Shown: positions 37,445-48,119, counted from the stretch's first letter. The stretch is 64,000 bases of DNA from an uncultured delta proteobacterium (GCA_963717045.1 CAVQVD010000010.1:166125-230124), one strand, 5' to 3'. The notes: generated by a model not told the origin, from the sequence alone. Translations and numbers: made by a program.

Positions 37445-38239
37445 ATGATCGAGGTAAAAAACCTGACCAAGCGCTACGGTGATTTCATCGCTGTGCGCGA
37501 CGTCTCCTTCAGGGCCGACCAGGGTTCTATCCTTGGCTTCCTCGGCCCCAACGGCGCCGGCAAAACCACTACGATGCGGATCATCACAGGTTTCATGCCG
37601 GCGACGGCCGGCACCGTATTGGTTGATGGCCTCGACATCTTCACCGAATCGTTGGAAGCGCGCAGGCGGATCGGCTACTTGCCCGAAACGCCGCCGCTCT
37701 ATTCCGACATGCGGGTGGAATCCTACCTGCGTTTCGTCGCTAAGCTGCGCGGACTGCGGCGTTCGGAAGTCGACGACGCGGTCGAGCGCGTGCTCAAAAT
37801 TTGCGGTCTGTCCGACATGGCCCATCGCATATGCGGTCAGCTTTCCAAAGGCTATCGCCAGCGCGTGGGCCTGGCGCAGGCAATCATTCACAATCCACCG
37901 GTGCTGGTGCTCGACGAGCCGACGATCGGTCTCGATCCGCGCCAGATCCATGAGATCCGCGGGCTGATCCACGGTCTCGCCGGACAGCACACGATCGTCC
38001 TTTCGACGCACATCCTGCCCGAAGTTTCGCAAATCTGCGATCGCGTCGTAATCATCAATGCCGGGCGCGTGGTGCTGGAGGAGAGCCTGCGGGGCCTCCC
38101 AGCCGGCAAGTCGCTCGAAGACGTATTTTTGGAGGCCATCTCGAAAGAGGAAGGGCACGACGTCGCGGAAGCCGAGGAGACGCTGGAGGAGGTAGGAGCG
38201 GGGCATGGGCAAAGACCGCCCGAGGCCCCGGCTGAGTAA
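37445..38239 (+). CDS. ABC transporter ATP-binding protein (ABC-2/GldA-like)
   Basis: Walker A GPNGAGKTT, signature LSKGYRQR, Walker B VLVLDEPT. Confidence 0.9.
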   Translation: MIEVKNLTKRYGDFIAVRDVSFRADQGSILGFLGPNGAGKTTTMRIITGFMPATAGTVLVDGLDIFTESLEARRRIGYLPETPPLYSDMRVESYLRFVAKLRGLRRSEVDDAVERVLKICGLSDMAHRICGQLSKGYRQRVGLAQAIIHNPPVLVLDEPTIGLDPRQIHEIRGLIHGLAGQHTIVLSTHILPEVSQICDRVVIINAGRVVLEESLRGLPAGKSLEDVFLEAISKEEGHDVAEAEETLEEVGAGHGQRPPEAPAE

Positions 38240-38241
38240 CA

Positions 38242-39015
38242 ATGAGAAATGCGCTGACGATTGCGGGCAAGGAGCTGTCGAGCTATTTCGTGCAGCCCGT
38301 CGCCTACGTGGTGCTGACGGTCTTCGTGCTGTTGGCCGGATGGTTCTTCTTCGCGCTGCTCAAGCAGTTCAACGAGATGATCCAGGTGTACTCGGCGATG
38401 TCGAGCACGCAGGCGCTGGAGCATCTCAACCTCAATGCCCGCGTGATCGATCCGCTGCTCCACAACATGTCGGTGGTGATGGTGATCCTGGTGCCGGCGA
38501 TCACGATGCGCGCGTTCGCCGAGGAAAAGCGCACTGGCACCTACGAGTTTCTACTGACCGCGCCGCTGCGCACCGGCGAAATTGTTGCCGGCAAGTTCAT
38601 CGCTGCCGCAGTATTCATCCTGATCATGGTCGCACTGATCTGGATCTTCCCGATCATCCTGATGGTGTTCGGCGATCCCGAGGTCGGGGTGATGGGCGCG
38701 GGCTACGTCGCGCTGGCCCTTCTCGGCGTATGTTTTGTGGCGATCGGGCTGTTCACGTCGTCGCTCACACAAAATCAGATCATCGCGGCGATTAGCTGTC
38801 TCGGCGTGCTGCTACTGCTCTACGTGATCTCGTGGCCGCTGCAATCGGGCGGCGGAATCCTCGGCGATCTGCTGCGCTATCTTTCGCTGCCGCAGCATTT
38901 CGGCCAGATGGTCGATGGCGTGATCGACACCAGCGATATCGTCTACTTCTGCACCATGATCTTCGTGGCCTTGTTTCTGACCCAGCGCTCGGTCGAGTCG
39001 GCGCGTTGGCGATAG
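38242..39015 (+). CDS. ABC-2-type permease (GldF-like)
   Basis: 257 aa with six hydrophobic helices. Starts 3 nt after the ATPase stop. Confidence 0.8.
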   Translation: MRNALTIAGKELSSYFVQPVAYVVLTVFVLLAGWFFFALLKQFNEMIQVYSAMSSTQALEHLNLNARVIDPLLHNMSVVMVILVPAITMRAFAEEKRTGTYEFLLTAPLRTGEIVAGKFIAAAVFILIMVALIWIFPIILMVFGDPEVGVMGAGYVALALLGVCFVAIGLFTSSLTQNQIIAAISCLGVLLLLYVISWPLQSGGGILGDLLRYLSLPQHFGQMVDGVIDTSDIVYFCTMIFVALFLTQRSVESARWR

Positions 39016-39032
39016 GTAGGGCGGAGCGCGGC

Positions 39033-40580
39033 ATGCAACGCAGCATGGCATCGGCCGGCCTGATTGGCCTGGTCTTCCTGTTCTTTGCGCTGGTCGCCTA
39101 TCTGACCGGTGCGCGGCTGTATTTCCTGTTCAACCTGGTGCTGGGCGTGCTGGCGATCGTGCTATGGGCGACCTCCAGCCGCGAAACCTTTGGCACCCTG
39201 ATGGGCCATCGCGCCACTCGTTACGGCGCCAACGCGGCGGTTTACTCGCTGGGTTTCGTCGGCCTCCTGATCGCGATCAACTACATTCTCGCGCTGCACC
39301 ATCGCCGTTTCGACCTCACCGCAGAGCGAGTTTTCAGCCTCTCTCCGCAGTCGGTCAAGGTGGTGAGCACGCTCAAGCAGCCGCTCAAACTTTATGGCTT
39401 CTTTCAGGGCGGGCGTGACGCGCAAGGCGAAGCGCTTTACCAGTCCTATAGCTACGCCTCGCCAAAAATCAGTTCTCAGTTGATCGATCCCGAGAGGAAT
39501 CCCGAGATCGCGACGCGCTATAACGTTACGCGTATGCCGACGACTCATATCCAGTACGGCGATCAAGGCACCAACGTCAGCGACACGACCGAGCAGGCGA
39601 TCACCAACGGCATCATCAAAGTCACCAGCACGAGTACCAAGGGCGCCTGCTTTCTGCAGGGCCACGGTGAGCCAGCGATCGACGACACGGACAGCGCCAC
39701 TGGTTTCGGGCGCGCAGCCCAGGCCCTGGCGGGCGAGAACTACGAGGTCAAGCCGCTGATGCTGATGACCACGCCCAAGGTGCCGTCGGGTTGCGTGGTG
39801 GTGATCGTGGCTGGGCCGGTGAAGCCGCTGTTTCCGGCCGAGGTTGACGCTATCGACAGTTACTTGAAAAACGGCGGCCGGGCGCTGGTGATGCTGCGGC
39901 CGCCGCGGGCCGATCAGCCCGCCGTGCAGACCTCGCTTATTAATATGATTAGCCAGTGGGGGCTCACGGTCGGAGACGATATCGTGCTCGACCAGGAGTT
40001 GCATCTGTTCCAGGGTCCGACCCTTGGCCTGAGCCCGTTGGTCGAGCTTTATCCGCCGCATCCGATCACCCGCGGATTCAACAAGCGCACGCTGTGGCCG
40101 ATGGTGCGTTCAGTCGAGCCGGTCAAGGATACCAAGCCGGGCTTGCTGGCGTGGCCGTTGGCGCAGACCAGCGACACCTCGATCGCCGCGACCGAGATCG
40201 AAGCGATCTTCAAAGAGCAGAAATTCAAGGCGGGTGCGAAGGATCGCAAGGGGCCGATCACGATCGCGGACGCGGTGGACGCCGATAACAAGAAGCTCAA
40301 ATGGGGCACCGGCGACGGGCGGCTGGTGGTTTACGGCGACACCGACTTCGCGGACAACCAGGATCTCTCGCAGGTTTTCAACCAGGACTTTTTCCTCAAC
40401 ACGGTCGATTGGCTGGCCGGCGAGACCGCCACCATCGCGATCCGACCGCGTACGCTGCGTGCCTCGCGTGTCAGTCTGACGGACAGTCAGTTCAACACTG
40501 TTTTTGTCGCGTCCGTGCTATTGCTGCCCGAGTTGTTGCTGATCCTCGGAATCGTGGTGTGGTGGGAGCGGCGTAACTGA
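39033..40580 (+). CDS. GldG-like ABC-transport auxiliary protein
   Basis: Internal ATG 39033 of ORF 38832..40580. N-terminal TM helices, a large periplasmic domain and a C-terminal TM anchor (..VFVASVLLLPELLLILGIVVWW), as in GldG-family proteins. Confidence 0.7.
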   Translation: MQRSMASAGLIGLVFLFFALVAYLTGARLYFLFNLVLGVLAIVLWATSSRETFGTLMGHRATRYGANAAVYSLGFVGLLIAINYILALHHRRFDLTAERVFSLSPQSVKVVSTLKQPLKLYGFFQGGRDAQGEALYQSYSYASPKISSQLIDPERNPEIATRYNVTRMPTTHIQYGDQGTNVSDTTEQAITNGIIKVTSTSTKGACFLQGHGEPAIDDTDSATGFGRAAQALAGENYEVKPLMLMTTPKVPSGCVVVIVAGPVKPLFPAEVDAIDSYLKNGGRALVMLRPPRADQPAVQTSLINMISQWGLTVGDDIVLDQELHLFQGPTLGLSPLVELYPPHPITRGFNKRTLWPMVRSVEPVKDTKPGLLAWPLAQTSDTSIAATEIEAIFKEQKFKAGAKDRKGPITIADAVDADNKKLKWGTGDGRLVVYGDTDFADNQDLSQVFNQDFFLNTVDWLAGETATIAIRPRTLRASRVSLTDSQFNTVFVASVLLLPELLLILGIVVWWERRN

Positions 40581-40611
40581 CGCCGCGGCTGGAGCCCGAC
40601 CCCATTCTCCG

Positions 40612-42072
40612 ATGCGTTTGCGCAATACGATTATCGTTTTGATCCTTCTCCTGCTGGTCGGCGGTTATTCGCTCATCATCCTGCTCGGCTCGCGTCCGGT
40701 GCCGCCGCCGACCCTGCTCAATCTCGAGGCAAAACACATCAGCGGAATCGACCTGCGCTACCCCGACAGCGAACTCGAACTGGTGCGCAATCCCAACCAC
40801 ACCTGGAATATCATCAAGCCGATTAAGACCGACGGCGACCAGAGTTCCGTCGACGGCCTGACCGAAACCATCGCCAACGCTCAGCTCACCCGAACGATCG
40901 AAGACAAACCCGATAGCCTTAGGCCCTTCGGCCTCGACAAGCCCGCGGTGACGCTGACCGTAACCAGCGACAACAAGGGTGTGCTGCCCACACTGTTGGT
41001 TGGCCATGTCAGCCCGGTCAGCAGTGGCGTTTACGTGAAGCTCGCCAATCAGCCAGCCGTGCTGATGACCACCAGCGATTTTGCCAGCGCGATCACCAAG
41101 CAGGTCAACGACCTGCGCACGCATGAGCTGATGACCTTCAACATGGACGATGCCGAGCAGATTGTGCTGCGCAGCGGAGCCAACCCCCCGATTGAAATCG
41201 ATCGACAGGGCGGGCAGTGGCGGATCGTGTCGCCAGGGCATTATACGGCCGACTCCGACACAGTCGCGCAGATGCTGACCGCTTTGGTCGACGCGCGTAT
41301 CGGGGATTTCGTGACTGACGCGCCCACGGACCTCGGCCAGTACGGGCTCAAGAATCCGCAGATCGCGGTGACCGTGTTCAGCGGCAAGGACAAGACCGAA
41401 CATGCGCTGCTCTTCGGATTGGAGCAGCCGCAGGCATCCAAGAAAGCGGTTTACGTCAAACTCGGCGGCAATTCCTCAGTCTACACCGTCGAGGACGCGC
41501 TGTTGAGCAAGGTCAATCTCGGCCTGCTCGATTTGCGCGACAAGACGGTGATGAGCTTCGATTCACTCAAGATCGGGCGGCTCGAAATCGTAAACCACGG
41601 CAAGCCATACTCGCTCTCGCACGACGCCGCTGGCAAATGGCAGGTGACGGATGGTGGCAAAACTTCACCCGCGAACGGCCAAGCGGTGCAAACCTTCCTC
41701 GATGAACTGGCGAATCTGAAGGGCGACAAAATAGTTCAGGACCCGATGACCGATCCGCAGAGGTTCGCGATGGACAAGCCGACCGAGCAGATCGTGGTCT
41801 TCGGCAAGGATGACAAGCAGCTTGGTACCGCAAAGCTCGCCCAGATTCAGAACAAGGTCCAGGTGCCAGCGACTCCCACGCCGGAAACCGATACCTCCGA
41901 GGCAAAGCCGGGGGCCGAGCGTACCGTGATGCGGCTTGAAAATTATGCGAGCTCTAGCGCCGGCACGGCGGTCTACAGTCTGCGCGAGTCCGACTTCAGT
42001 CAGTTCGACATGAGCGCGGAGCAGTTTCAGGTGACCCAGCCGCTCGCGCCGCCGGCGGCTCCGAAAAAATAG
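40612..42072 (+). CDS. DUF4340-like periplasmic protein (N-terminal anchor)
   Basis: N-terminal TM, repeated beta-rich modules with W..(I/V)..P patterns. This is the usual fourth gene after gldA/F/G-like genes. Confidence 0.6.
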   Translation: MRLRNTIIVLILLLLVGGYSLIILLGSRPVPPPTLLNLEAKHISGIDLRYPDSELELVRNPNHTWNIIKPIKTDGDQSSVDGLTETIANAQLTRTIEDKPDSLRPFGLDKPAVTLTVTSDNKGVLPTLLVGHVSPVSSGVYVKLANQPAVLMTTSDFASAITKQVNDLRTHELMTFNMDDAEQIVLRSGANPPIEIDRQGGQWRIVSPGHYTADSDTVAQMLTALVDARIGDFVTDAPTDLGQYGLKNPQIAVTVFSGKDKTEHALLFGLEQPQASKKAVYVKLGGNSSVYTVEDALLSKVNLGLLDLRDKTVMSFDSLKIGRLEIVNHGKPYSLSHDAAGKWQVTDGGKTSPANGQAVQTFLDELANLKGDKIVQDPMTDPQRFAMDKPTEQIVVFGKDDKQLGTAKLAQIQNKVQVPATPTPETDTSEAKPGAERTVMRLENYASSSAGTAVYSLRESDFSQFDMSAEQFQVTQPLAPPAAPKK

Positions 42073-42099
42073 CCCGCGTGGAGCGAGCGGCCGCGCCGT

Positions 42100-42489
42100 T
42101 CAACCTTCGGCAATCACGTGCGCCATCGCGCTCGCCTCGGTGTGCGTGATGCTCAAATGGAAAGCCGTGATGCGCTTGCGGCGGGCGTACTCCGCCGCCT
42201 TACCCGAAAGCACGATCGTCGGCGCCTGGCCGCGCTCGCGGACGACCTCGATTTCGCGCCAGCCGACATTGCGATTCCATCCGGTGCCCATCGCCTTCAT
42301 CGCCGCCTCCTTGGCGGCGAAACGGGCGGCGTAGCTCTGAAAACGAGGCCGTCCGCGCGATTCGCAGTAGGCGACCTCGCGCTCAGTATAGACGCGGTCG
42401 CGAAAGCGTTCCCCGGTGCGAGGCCGGGTGAGAGCGCGCGCGACGCGTTCGACCTCGATCATGTCGATCCCGGTACCGAGAATGCTCAT
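42100..42489 (-). CDS. acpS: Holo-[acyl-carrier-protein] synthase
   Basis: MSILGTGIDMIEVERV... and ..FAAKEAAMKA.. motifs. 129 aa. Confidence 0.85.
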   Translation of the reverse strand: MSILGTGIDMIEVERVARALTRPRTGERFRDRVYTEREVAYCESRGRPRFQSYAARFAAKEAAMKAMGTGWNRNVGWREIEVVRERGQAPTIVLSGKAAEYARRKRITAFHLSITHTEASAMAHVIAEG

Positions 42490-42609
42490 CCCGGCGCAAT
42501 CTTAGACGGCGCGAACCGGCGAAGATAGGGTCGGTGCCGATAGCGAGAAACTTGCGGCCCATGGAGTGCGACTCTATTCTTCATGCAGAACCGGCCGCAG
42601 GAGAGCCAG

Positions 42610-42843
42610 ATGTCGAAACTCAAAACTACCGTCAATAAAGTGAAATGCATCTCCAGCGAAGACTGCGTCGAATCGGCGCCCGGCGTCTTTCGACTCGACG
42701 ACGACGGCAAGTCGGAGGTTTACAATCCGACCGGCGCGTCCGATGCGGCTATTGTGGTGGCGGCACGTGCATGTCCGGTCAAGGCGATAACCGTGGTCGA
42801 CGAAGATACCGGGACACAGTTATTTCCCCCAGCCAAAAAGTAG
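42610..42843 (+). CDS. Small single-cluster ferredoxin
   Basis: Internal ATG 42610 after CAGGAGAG. C-x5-C..AP.VF...(D/E)G and a distal ..ACPVKAI are typical of about 70-aa ferredoxins. Confidence 0.7.
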   Translation: MSKLKTTVNKVKCISSEDCVESAPGVFRLDDDGKSEVYNPTGASDAAIVVAARACPVKAITVVDEDTGTQLFPPAKK

Positions 42844-42905
42844 CTGCCCGCCGCCGCCGCGCACCCGGCGAACTCTACGTCGCGCAGACCGCCGACCTCG
42901 CCGGC

Positions 42906-43346
42906 GTGGAAGCGATCCTTGCCGGCGTGGGCGAATCCGCGGGTATTATCGCGGGTGGTCTCGACGCGGCTGGCGCATGCTGGATTGCGGCTTCGCTTGG
43001 CGAAACGATCGTCGGGGTCATCGGAATTGAGACGGTCGTGGACGCGGCCGTGATACGTTCGCTCGCCGTTGCCGAAGCGATGCGCCGGCGCGGGATCGGC
43101 GCAGCCCTGGTCACTGCCGGGCGCAAGGCGGCGCATACGCGGGGCGCGCGGCAGCTCTACGCACTCGGCCGCCGCGGCGAGGAATATCTCCTGCGCTTCG
43201 GATTCGAGCGGGTGGCTGCGACGCAGATGATCGACGATCTTGCGGGCACCTTCACGTCCGATTATCTGCGCGCGCATCCCGACGACCTGCTGCGGGTGGA
43301 CGCGCTGCGGCTGGACATCTCGCGCGACGGCATCATCGAACGCTGA
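42906..43346 (+). CDS. GNAT-family N-acetyltransferase (start uncertain)
   Basis: ..VIRSLAVAEAMRRRGIGAALV.. acetyl-CoA motif. Homology seems to start near 42870 (ELYVAQTADL) where there is no canonical start. GTG 42906 and ATG 42768 are the options. Confidence 0.55.
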   Translation: MEAILAGVGESAGIIAGGLDAAGACWIAASLGETIVGVIGIETVVDAAVIRSLAVAEAMRRRGIGAALVTAGRKAAHTRGARQLYALGRRGEEYLLRFGFERVAATQMIDDLAGTFTSDYLRAHPDDLLRVDALRLDISRDGIIER

Positions 43347-43464
43347 CGTTTATCTGCTTTCATTAACCTCTCCTCGAGACATGAAAGATCAACGCGAAGC
43401 GCTTTGTGTGTTTCTCGACATCCTCGGACGAGGAGAGGGGACTATAGCGGATTGTGCCAGCTCA

Positions 43465-44469
43465 TCACTGTGCCAGCGGATTCGGAAACAAAACTTCATA
43501 CGATCTTTCGGTGCGAAATTCGACCGCCGCCGGTTCGTCGGGCTGTTCATTGCGCGGGCCGAGATCGAGAATCATGCATTTCACCGAGCCGCCGCCTTTG
43601 GCTAGGAATTCGCTCACATCGACCAGCACCGGCTCAACTCCGCGCTCGCGCACTTGGGCGAGCAGCGCGCCGCTCGTTCCCTGGGGCATGAAGAGGTAGA
43701 GCCTACCTTCGTAGTCGACCTGAAATGAGTTTGCTGCGTAGAGCGCAGCGTCGGATTGTGCCAGTTCAATCAGGTTGCCGCCGAACTCGGCGCGCAAACG
43801 CTCGCGCGATGGGGGCGTCATACCTTCCATGTAAGCGAGCAGAAATTCGCGTCCCGGCCCAAACGAGCAGAGCACGGTATCGCCGTGATAGTGCGCCTCC
43901 AGGCACAGCTCGAGCGAAAGTATCGGACGGTCTTTTACGATACGCCCGAGTTCCTCCGCCGCGTCTGATTCCGAACGGAAGCCATATACGCGCCGCCACG
44001 GCGGGATTCCCCACCGTGGCACGAAGCGCTGGCGCTCGACCCGCCCGTGAGTGAAAAGCATGAATCGCCCGGCAGGGAAAAAATCCGCCTCGCCCTCGAA
44101 GCGCGCCGCAATTTCGGCACATCGATAGCCCATCTTTTCCAGGAATGGGCGGTAGACCTCGCGCTCGCGGGCGCGCGTGGGAAGTAGGCGCGCGAGATAG
44201 AAGACCTTGTCGCCGCCGGTCTTTCCTTCGAGCGGATACAGGAAGCCGGCATTGGCAGGATAGACCAGACCGCTCATTCCCTGATGCGGCTCGATCACGC
44301 AGACCTCGGTGCCATGCGCGATGAGCGCGCGGGCAAGTCCGTGCCATTGCTTGCGCGCGCGGTCCGCGTCGACGGACTTCCTGATGCCGAGCACGTTGCG
44401 GGTGTGTGGATTGGCGCCGCCGAGCACCGAGAAATACGTAGGGTCGCCCATCAGGATGGTCCGGGGCAT
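43465..44469 (-). CDS. Amidinotransferase-fold protein (DDAH / arginine deiminase-related)
   Basis: 334 aa. N-terminal ..MGDPTYF..GANPHT.. and C-terminal catalytic-Cys motif GGGSVKCMILDL. Confidence 0.7.
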   Translation of the reverse strand: MPRTILMGDPTYFSVLGGANPHTRNVLGIRKSVDADRARKQWHGLARALIAHGTEVCVIEPHQGMSGLVYPANAGFLYPLEGKTGGDKVFYLARLLPTRAREREVYRPFLEKMGYRCAEIAARFEGEADFFPAGRFMLFTHGRVERQRFVPRWGIPPWRRVYGFRSESDAAEELGRIVKDRPILSLELCLEAHYHGDTVLCSFGPGREFLLAYMEGMTPPSRERLRAEFGGNLIELAQSDAALYAANSFQVDYEGRLYLFMPQGTSGALLAQVRERGVEPVLVDVSEFLAKGGGSVKCMILDLGPRNEQPDEPAAVEFRTERSYEVLFPNPLAQ

Positions 44470-44598
44470 CGTGAGAAGCTCCGTTGCAGCGATGGCTTAT
44501 GCGCGAGCCGCGGGCGCGCGCGAGAGCGCACGCCGCGGCCTCGCGTCGCAACGAGTGGGCGCCGGCTCGCCACAAGAGGGGCTGCGGCGGCGCTGCCT

Positions 44599-44898
44599 CT
44601 ACTTGCGGTCCAGTTCTGTCAGGAACTGCAGTTCGGGCTTTTCAGCGAGCAGGTCGGCGATTCGCGTGCCCATCTCCTTCATGTGGTCGGTCTTGCGATG
44701 CGTCGCGAAGGCGGCATCGTCCGTGTAGGTCTCGTACCATACGAAGGTGGTCGGATCGTCGTTGGACTTGTGCAGGATGTAGGTCAGGCAGCCGGGCTCT
44801 GCAGCGCGCACTTTCTTGATCATGTCGCGAAAGGCATCCTCGAGCGCCTTTTCGGACCCCGGTTTGGCTTTGATCTTTGCAATCAATGTAAACGACAT
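44599..44898 (-). CDS. ABM-domain (antibiotic biosynthesis monooxygenase-like) protein
   Basis: Internal ATG 44898 preceded by AAGGAGAAAG. 99 aa with the ..FVWYETYTDDAAFATH.. pattern. Confidence 0.75.
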   Translation of the reverse strand: MSFTLIAKIKAKPGSEKALEDAFRDMIKKVRAAEPGCLTYILHKSNDDPTTFVWYETYTDDAAFATHRKTDHMKEMGTRIADLLAEKPELQFLTELDRK

Positions 44899-45162
44899 CG
44901 CTTTCTCCTTGGCTAAGGTGAATCGCGCCGCGCCGCGCGCGGGCGATTCACCCGCGACGCCGATTCGGCTTGCAAGCCCGTCATAGTTGGCCCCGGAGCC
45001 TTTTACAAGCCGTCGCGCGGCGCCGCCGTCAGGGCTTTGCGCTGGAGCCGCGCTTCGAGCAAGATCGGTACGCTGTAAATGCACGGCGAATCCAGGGAAG
45101 CTCAGGCAGTTCCCTGGCGGGGCCGGCTGAAGAAAGCCCGATTCGGCGGAGCGTTTAAAAAG

Positions 45163-46305
45163 ATGATCGGCTTCGAACTTACAGAAGAGCAGAACGATTT
45201 GCGCCGGCTCGCGCGCGAGTTTGCCGAGCGCGAGATGATTCCGCGCGCGCGCGAATACGATGAGAAGGAAACGTTCCCGCGCGACGTTTGCGAGGCCGCC
45301 TTCAAGGCCGGCCTTATGAACTTGGGCGTGCCGCGCGAGCAGGGCGGCCCCGGACTCAACATCCTCGACTCATCGATCATCATCGAGGAATTGAACTACG
45401 GATGCTCCGGGATTGCCAACGCGGTCGGCGCCAATGAACTGGCGACGCTGCCCCTGGTGGTGGCCGGCAACGAGGATCAGAAATCGACTTACCTCGGCCG
45501 CCTGGTCAAAGAACTAACGTTTTGCGCGTTCGCGATCACCGAGCCGGGCGCCGGCTCCGACGTCGCGGCGATGAGTACCACCTATCGCCGCGAGGGCGAC
45601 TCATTCGTGCTCAACGGCACCAAGCATTTCATCTCGAACGGCTCGATGGCGGATTGGTACGTGACGTTCGCGACCTCGGACCGCAAACTCAGGCACAAGG
45701 GCATTTCGTGCTTCGTCTTTCCCGCCAACCTTTCCGGAATCACTCGTCGGCGGATGCATGGCAAGCTCGGGCAACGTGCAGCCGATACAGGCGAGATCGT
45801 CTTCGACGAGGTGCGGATTCCCGCTCACGCCCTGGTTGGCCGCGAAGGAGAGGGCTTCAAGTACGCGATGGCCACGTTCGATCGGAGCCGCCCGGAAATC
45901 GGCGCTATCGCGACCGGCGTCGCCCAGCGCGCGCTCGACGAGTGCGTCAAATATTCGCAGCAGCGCCAGGCTTTCGGACAGCCGATCGCGAACTTTCAGG
46001 CAATCCAGTTCATGATGGCCGACATGGCGGTAGCGGTCGAAGCGATGCGCCTGTTGACCTACAAGGCGGCATGGCTGGTCGATCGCGGCGAGAGTCCCAA
46101 CGCGATTTCCAGCTACGCCAAGTTGTACAGCGCGGACGCCTGCATGAAGATCACCACCGATGCGGTGCAGATCTTCGGCGGCTACGGCTATATGAATGAT
46201 TACCCGGTGCAGAAGCTGATGCGCGATGCCAAGTTGCTGCAAATCTACGAGGGCACTTCGCAGATCCAGCGGATGGTCATCGCGCGAAGCCTGCTGAAAC
46301 AATAG
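45163..46305 (+). CDS. Acyl-CoA dehydrogenase
   Basis: Internal ATG 45163. ..FAITEPGAGSD.. and C-terminal ..QIYEGTSQIQRMVIAR. Confidence 0.9.
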   Translation: MIGFELTEEQNDLRRLAREFAEREMIPRAREYDEKETFPRDVCEAAFKAGLMNLGVPREQGGPGLNILDSSIIIEELNYGCSGIANAVGANELATLPLVVAGNEDQKSTYLGRLVKELTFCAFAITEPGAGSDVAAMSTTYRREGDSFVLNGTKHFISNGSMADWYVTFATSDRKLRHKGISCFVFPANLSGITRRRMHGKLGQRAADTGEIVFDEVRIPAHALVGREGEGFKYAMATFDRSRPEIGAIATGVAQRALDECVKYSQQRQAFGQPIANFQAIQFMMADMAVAVEAMRLLTYKAAWLVDRGESPNAISSYAKLYSADACMKITTDAVQIFGGYGYMNDYPVQKLMRDAKLLQIYEGTSQIQRMVIARSLLKQ

Positions 46306-46347
46306 GCGCGCGTCGCACCGCCGCCGTCGCGCATCTATCTGTCTGTT

Positions 46348-47133
46348 CTATTTATCCACCGAAGATGGGCGCAGCAGAGTGCTGCTGATGTAGTTCGACA
46401 GGGCGCGCGGCGTGAACCTGCCCGCGATCACCATCGCGTTGTTGAACGCCCCCGCCACGCACAGCGAGCGGCCGTTGGCGGCCGCAGCGATCGCTTCGTG
46501 CACCACCCGATCCGCCTCGGTCCATATGAAGGACGGAAACCGCATCCGCTCGTTGTTCGCGACCTTCTGAAATTCGGTGTGTACCGGCCCCGGACAGAAC
46601 GCCATCACGGTAACGCCTGTTCCGCGGAGTTCCGCCGCCACCGCCTCGCTGAAGCTCAGCACGAAAGCCTTGGTCGCACCGTAGGTGGCCATGTAGGGCG
46701 TCGGCTGAAAGGCCGCAGTCGAGGCGACATTGATTACCGTGCCGCGACGCCGCTCGACCATCGCGGGCAGAAACAGGCGGGTGAGCGCAACCAGCGAGGT
46801 CACGTTGAGTTCGATCTCTTCGAGTTCGCGTTCCTGCGGCAGAAGATGGAACCTTCCGCTGGTGCCGAAGCCCGCATTGTTGACCAGGTAGTCGACCTGG
46901 ATGCCGTCGCTCGCGAGTTGCTGATACAACGTCGCCGGCGTCTGGCGATCTGCGAGGTCGGCGCGGACAACACGCACTGTGCCCGCGCCGGCGGCTCGCG
47001 CACGTTCGGCAACCGCGGCCAGGCGATCCTCGCGCCGCGCTGCTAATACTAGATCATAGTGTTCCCGTCCGAGCGCGTACGCGAACTGCTCGCCGAGTCC
47101 GCTCGAGGCTCCGGTGATTAGCGCGGTTGACAA
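46348..47133 (-). CDS. SDR-family oxidoreductase
   Basis: TTG start with a [23 protein letters not shown] and YGATKAF motifs. Confidence 0.85.
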   Translation of the reverse strand: MSTALITGASSGLGEQFAYALGREHYDLVLAARREDRLAAVAERARAAGAGTVRVVRADLADRQTPATLYQQLASDGIQVDYLVNNAGFGTSGRFHLLPQERELEEIELNVTSLVALTRLFLPAMVERRRGTVINVASTAAFQPTPYMATYGATKAFVLSFSEAVAAELRGTGVTVMAFCPGPVHTEFQKVANNERMRFPSFIWTEADRVVHEAIAAAANGRSLCVAGAFNNAMVIAGRFTPRALSNYISSTLLRPSSVDK

Positions 47134-48119
47134 ATTGCTTCCTCCGTCTGCCCAGGAAAATCGAGAGCGGTTCGCTTCAGGCCGATACGAGGCCGAGTTC
47201 CTTTCGGAAATGTTCGATAGTTAGTGCCAGACCCTCGCGAAGCGGTGACTTTCGGCGTCCATCCCAGGCGCGCCTTGGCGAGGCTGATGTCCGGGCGGCG
47301 GCGCACGGGGTCATCCGGCCGCGCCGGATGATACGCGAGCTTAGAGCCGCTGCGCGACAGCTCGATCGCAAGCGAGGCGAGTTCCAGGATAGTGAACTCG
47401 TCGGGATTGCCGATATTGATCGGCCCGGTGTGCCCCTCCGAATTCATCATCCGTATCAGCGCTTCGATTATGTCATCGACGTAGGCAAACGATCGCGTCT
47501 GCCGACCGTCGCTATAGATTGGTAGGTCCTCGCCGCGCAGCGCCGCCACGCAGAAGTTCGATACCACCCGGCCGTCGTTGATCGCCATGCGCGGTCCGTA
47601 GGTGTTGAAGATGCGCACGATACGAATGTCGACATTGTTTTGGCGATGGTAGTCCATCATCAGGCACTCGGCGACTCGCTTGCCTTCGTCGTAACACGAG
47701 CGCACGCCGATCGGATTGACATGACCCCAATAGCTCTCGGTCTGCGGATGCTGTTCGGGATCCCCGTAAACCTCGCTGGTCGAAGTCAGCAGCATCCGCG
47801 CGCGCACGCGTTTGGCCAGTCCCAGCATGTTGATCGTGCCCATCACGCTGGTCTTGATGGTTTTGACGGGGTTGTACTGGTAGTGCACCGGCGACGCGGG
47901 GCAGGCGAGGTGAAATATGCGGTCGATCTCGAGCAGGATCGGCTCGACGATGTCGTGGCGGATGAACTCGAAGCCCGGCTGGTTCAGGAGATGCTGGATG
48001 TTGGCGCGCTTGCCGCTGAAAAAATTATCCAGGCAGATGACGTCGTGCCCATCGCGCAACAGGCGCTCGCACAGATGAGATCCGAGAAAACCCGCACCGC
48101 CGGTAACCAATGCTCGCAC
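47118..48119 (-). CDS. UDP-glucuronate decarboxylase (UDP-xylose synthase-like), C-terminal about 25 codons out of frame
   Basis: [12 protein letters not shown], ..[10 protein letters not shown].., YDEGKR. After ..[10 protein letters not shown] the family-typical ending [23 protein letters not shown] lies in another frame (ORF 47177..47371). The break is at about 47246-47253. Confidence 0.85.
   Translation of the reverse strand: MRALVTGGAGFLGSHLCERLLRDGHDVICLDNFFSGKRANIQHLLNQPGFEFIRHDIVEPILLEIDRIFHLACPASPVHYQYNPVKTIKTSVMGTINMLGLAKRVRARMLLTSTSEVYGDPEQHPQTESYWGHVNPIGVRSCYDEGKRVAECLMMDYHRQNNVDIRIVRIFNTYGPRMAINDGRVVSNFCVAALRGEDLPIYSDGRQTRSFAYVDDIIEALIRMMNSEGHTGPINIGNPDEFTILELASLAIELSRSGSKLAYHPARPDDPVRRRPDISLAKARLGWTPKVTASRGSGTNYRTFPKGTRPRIGLKRTALDFPGQTEEAICQPR

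Noticed and set aside
37391-41403. Long minus-strand ORFs 37391..38242, 39162..40061, 40492..41403
   Set aside because: All are antisense to the ABC ATPase, permease, GldG-like and DUF4340-like genes and lack any motif, so I treat them as GC-rich shadow ORFs.
42645-42905. N-terminal extension of the GNAT ORF (42645..43346)
   Set aside because: It overlaps the whole ferredoxin gene in another frame and is Arg-rich. GNAT-like sequence starts only near 42870.
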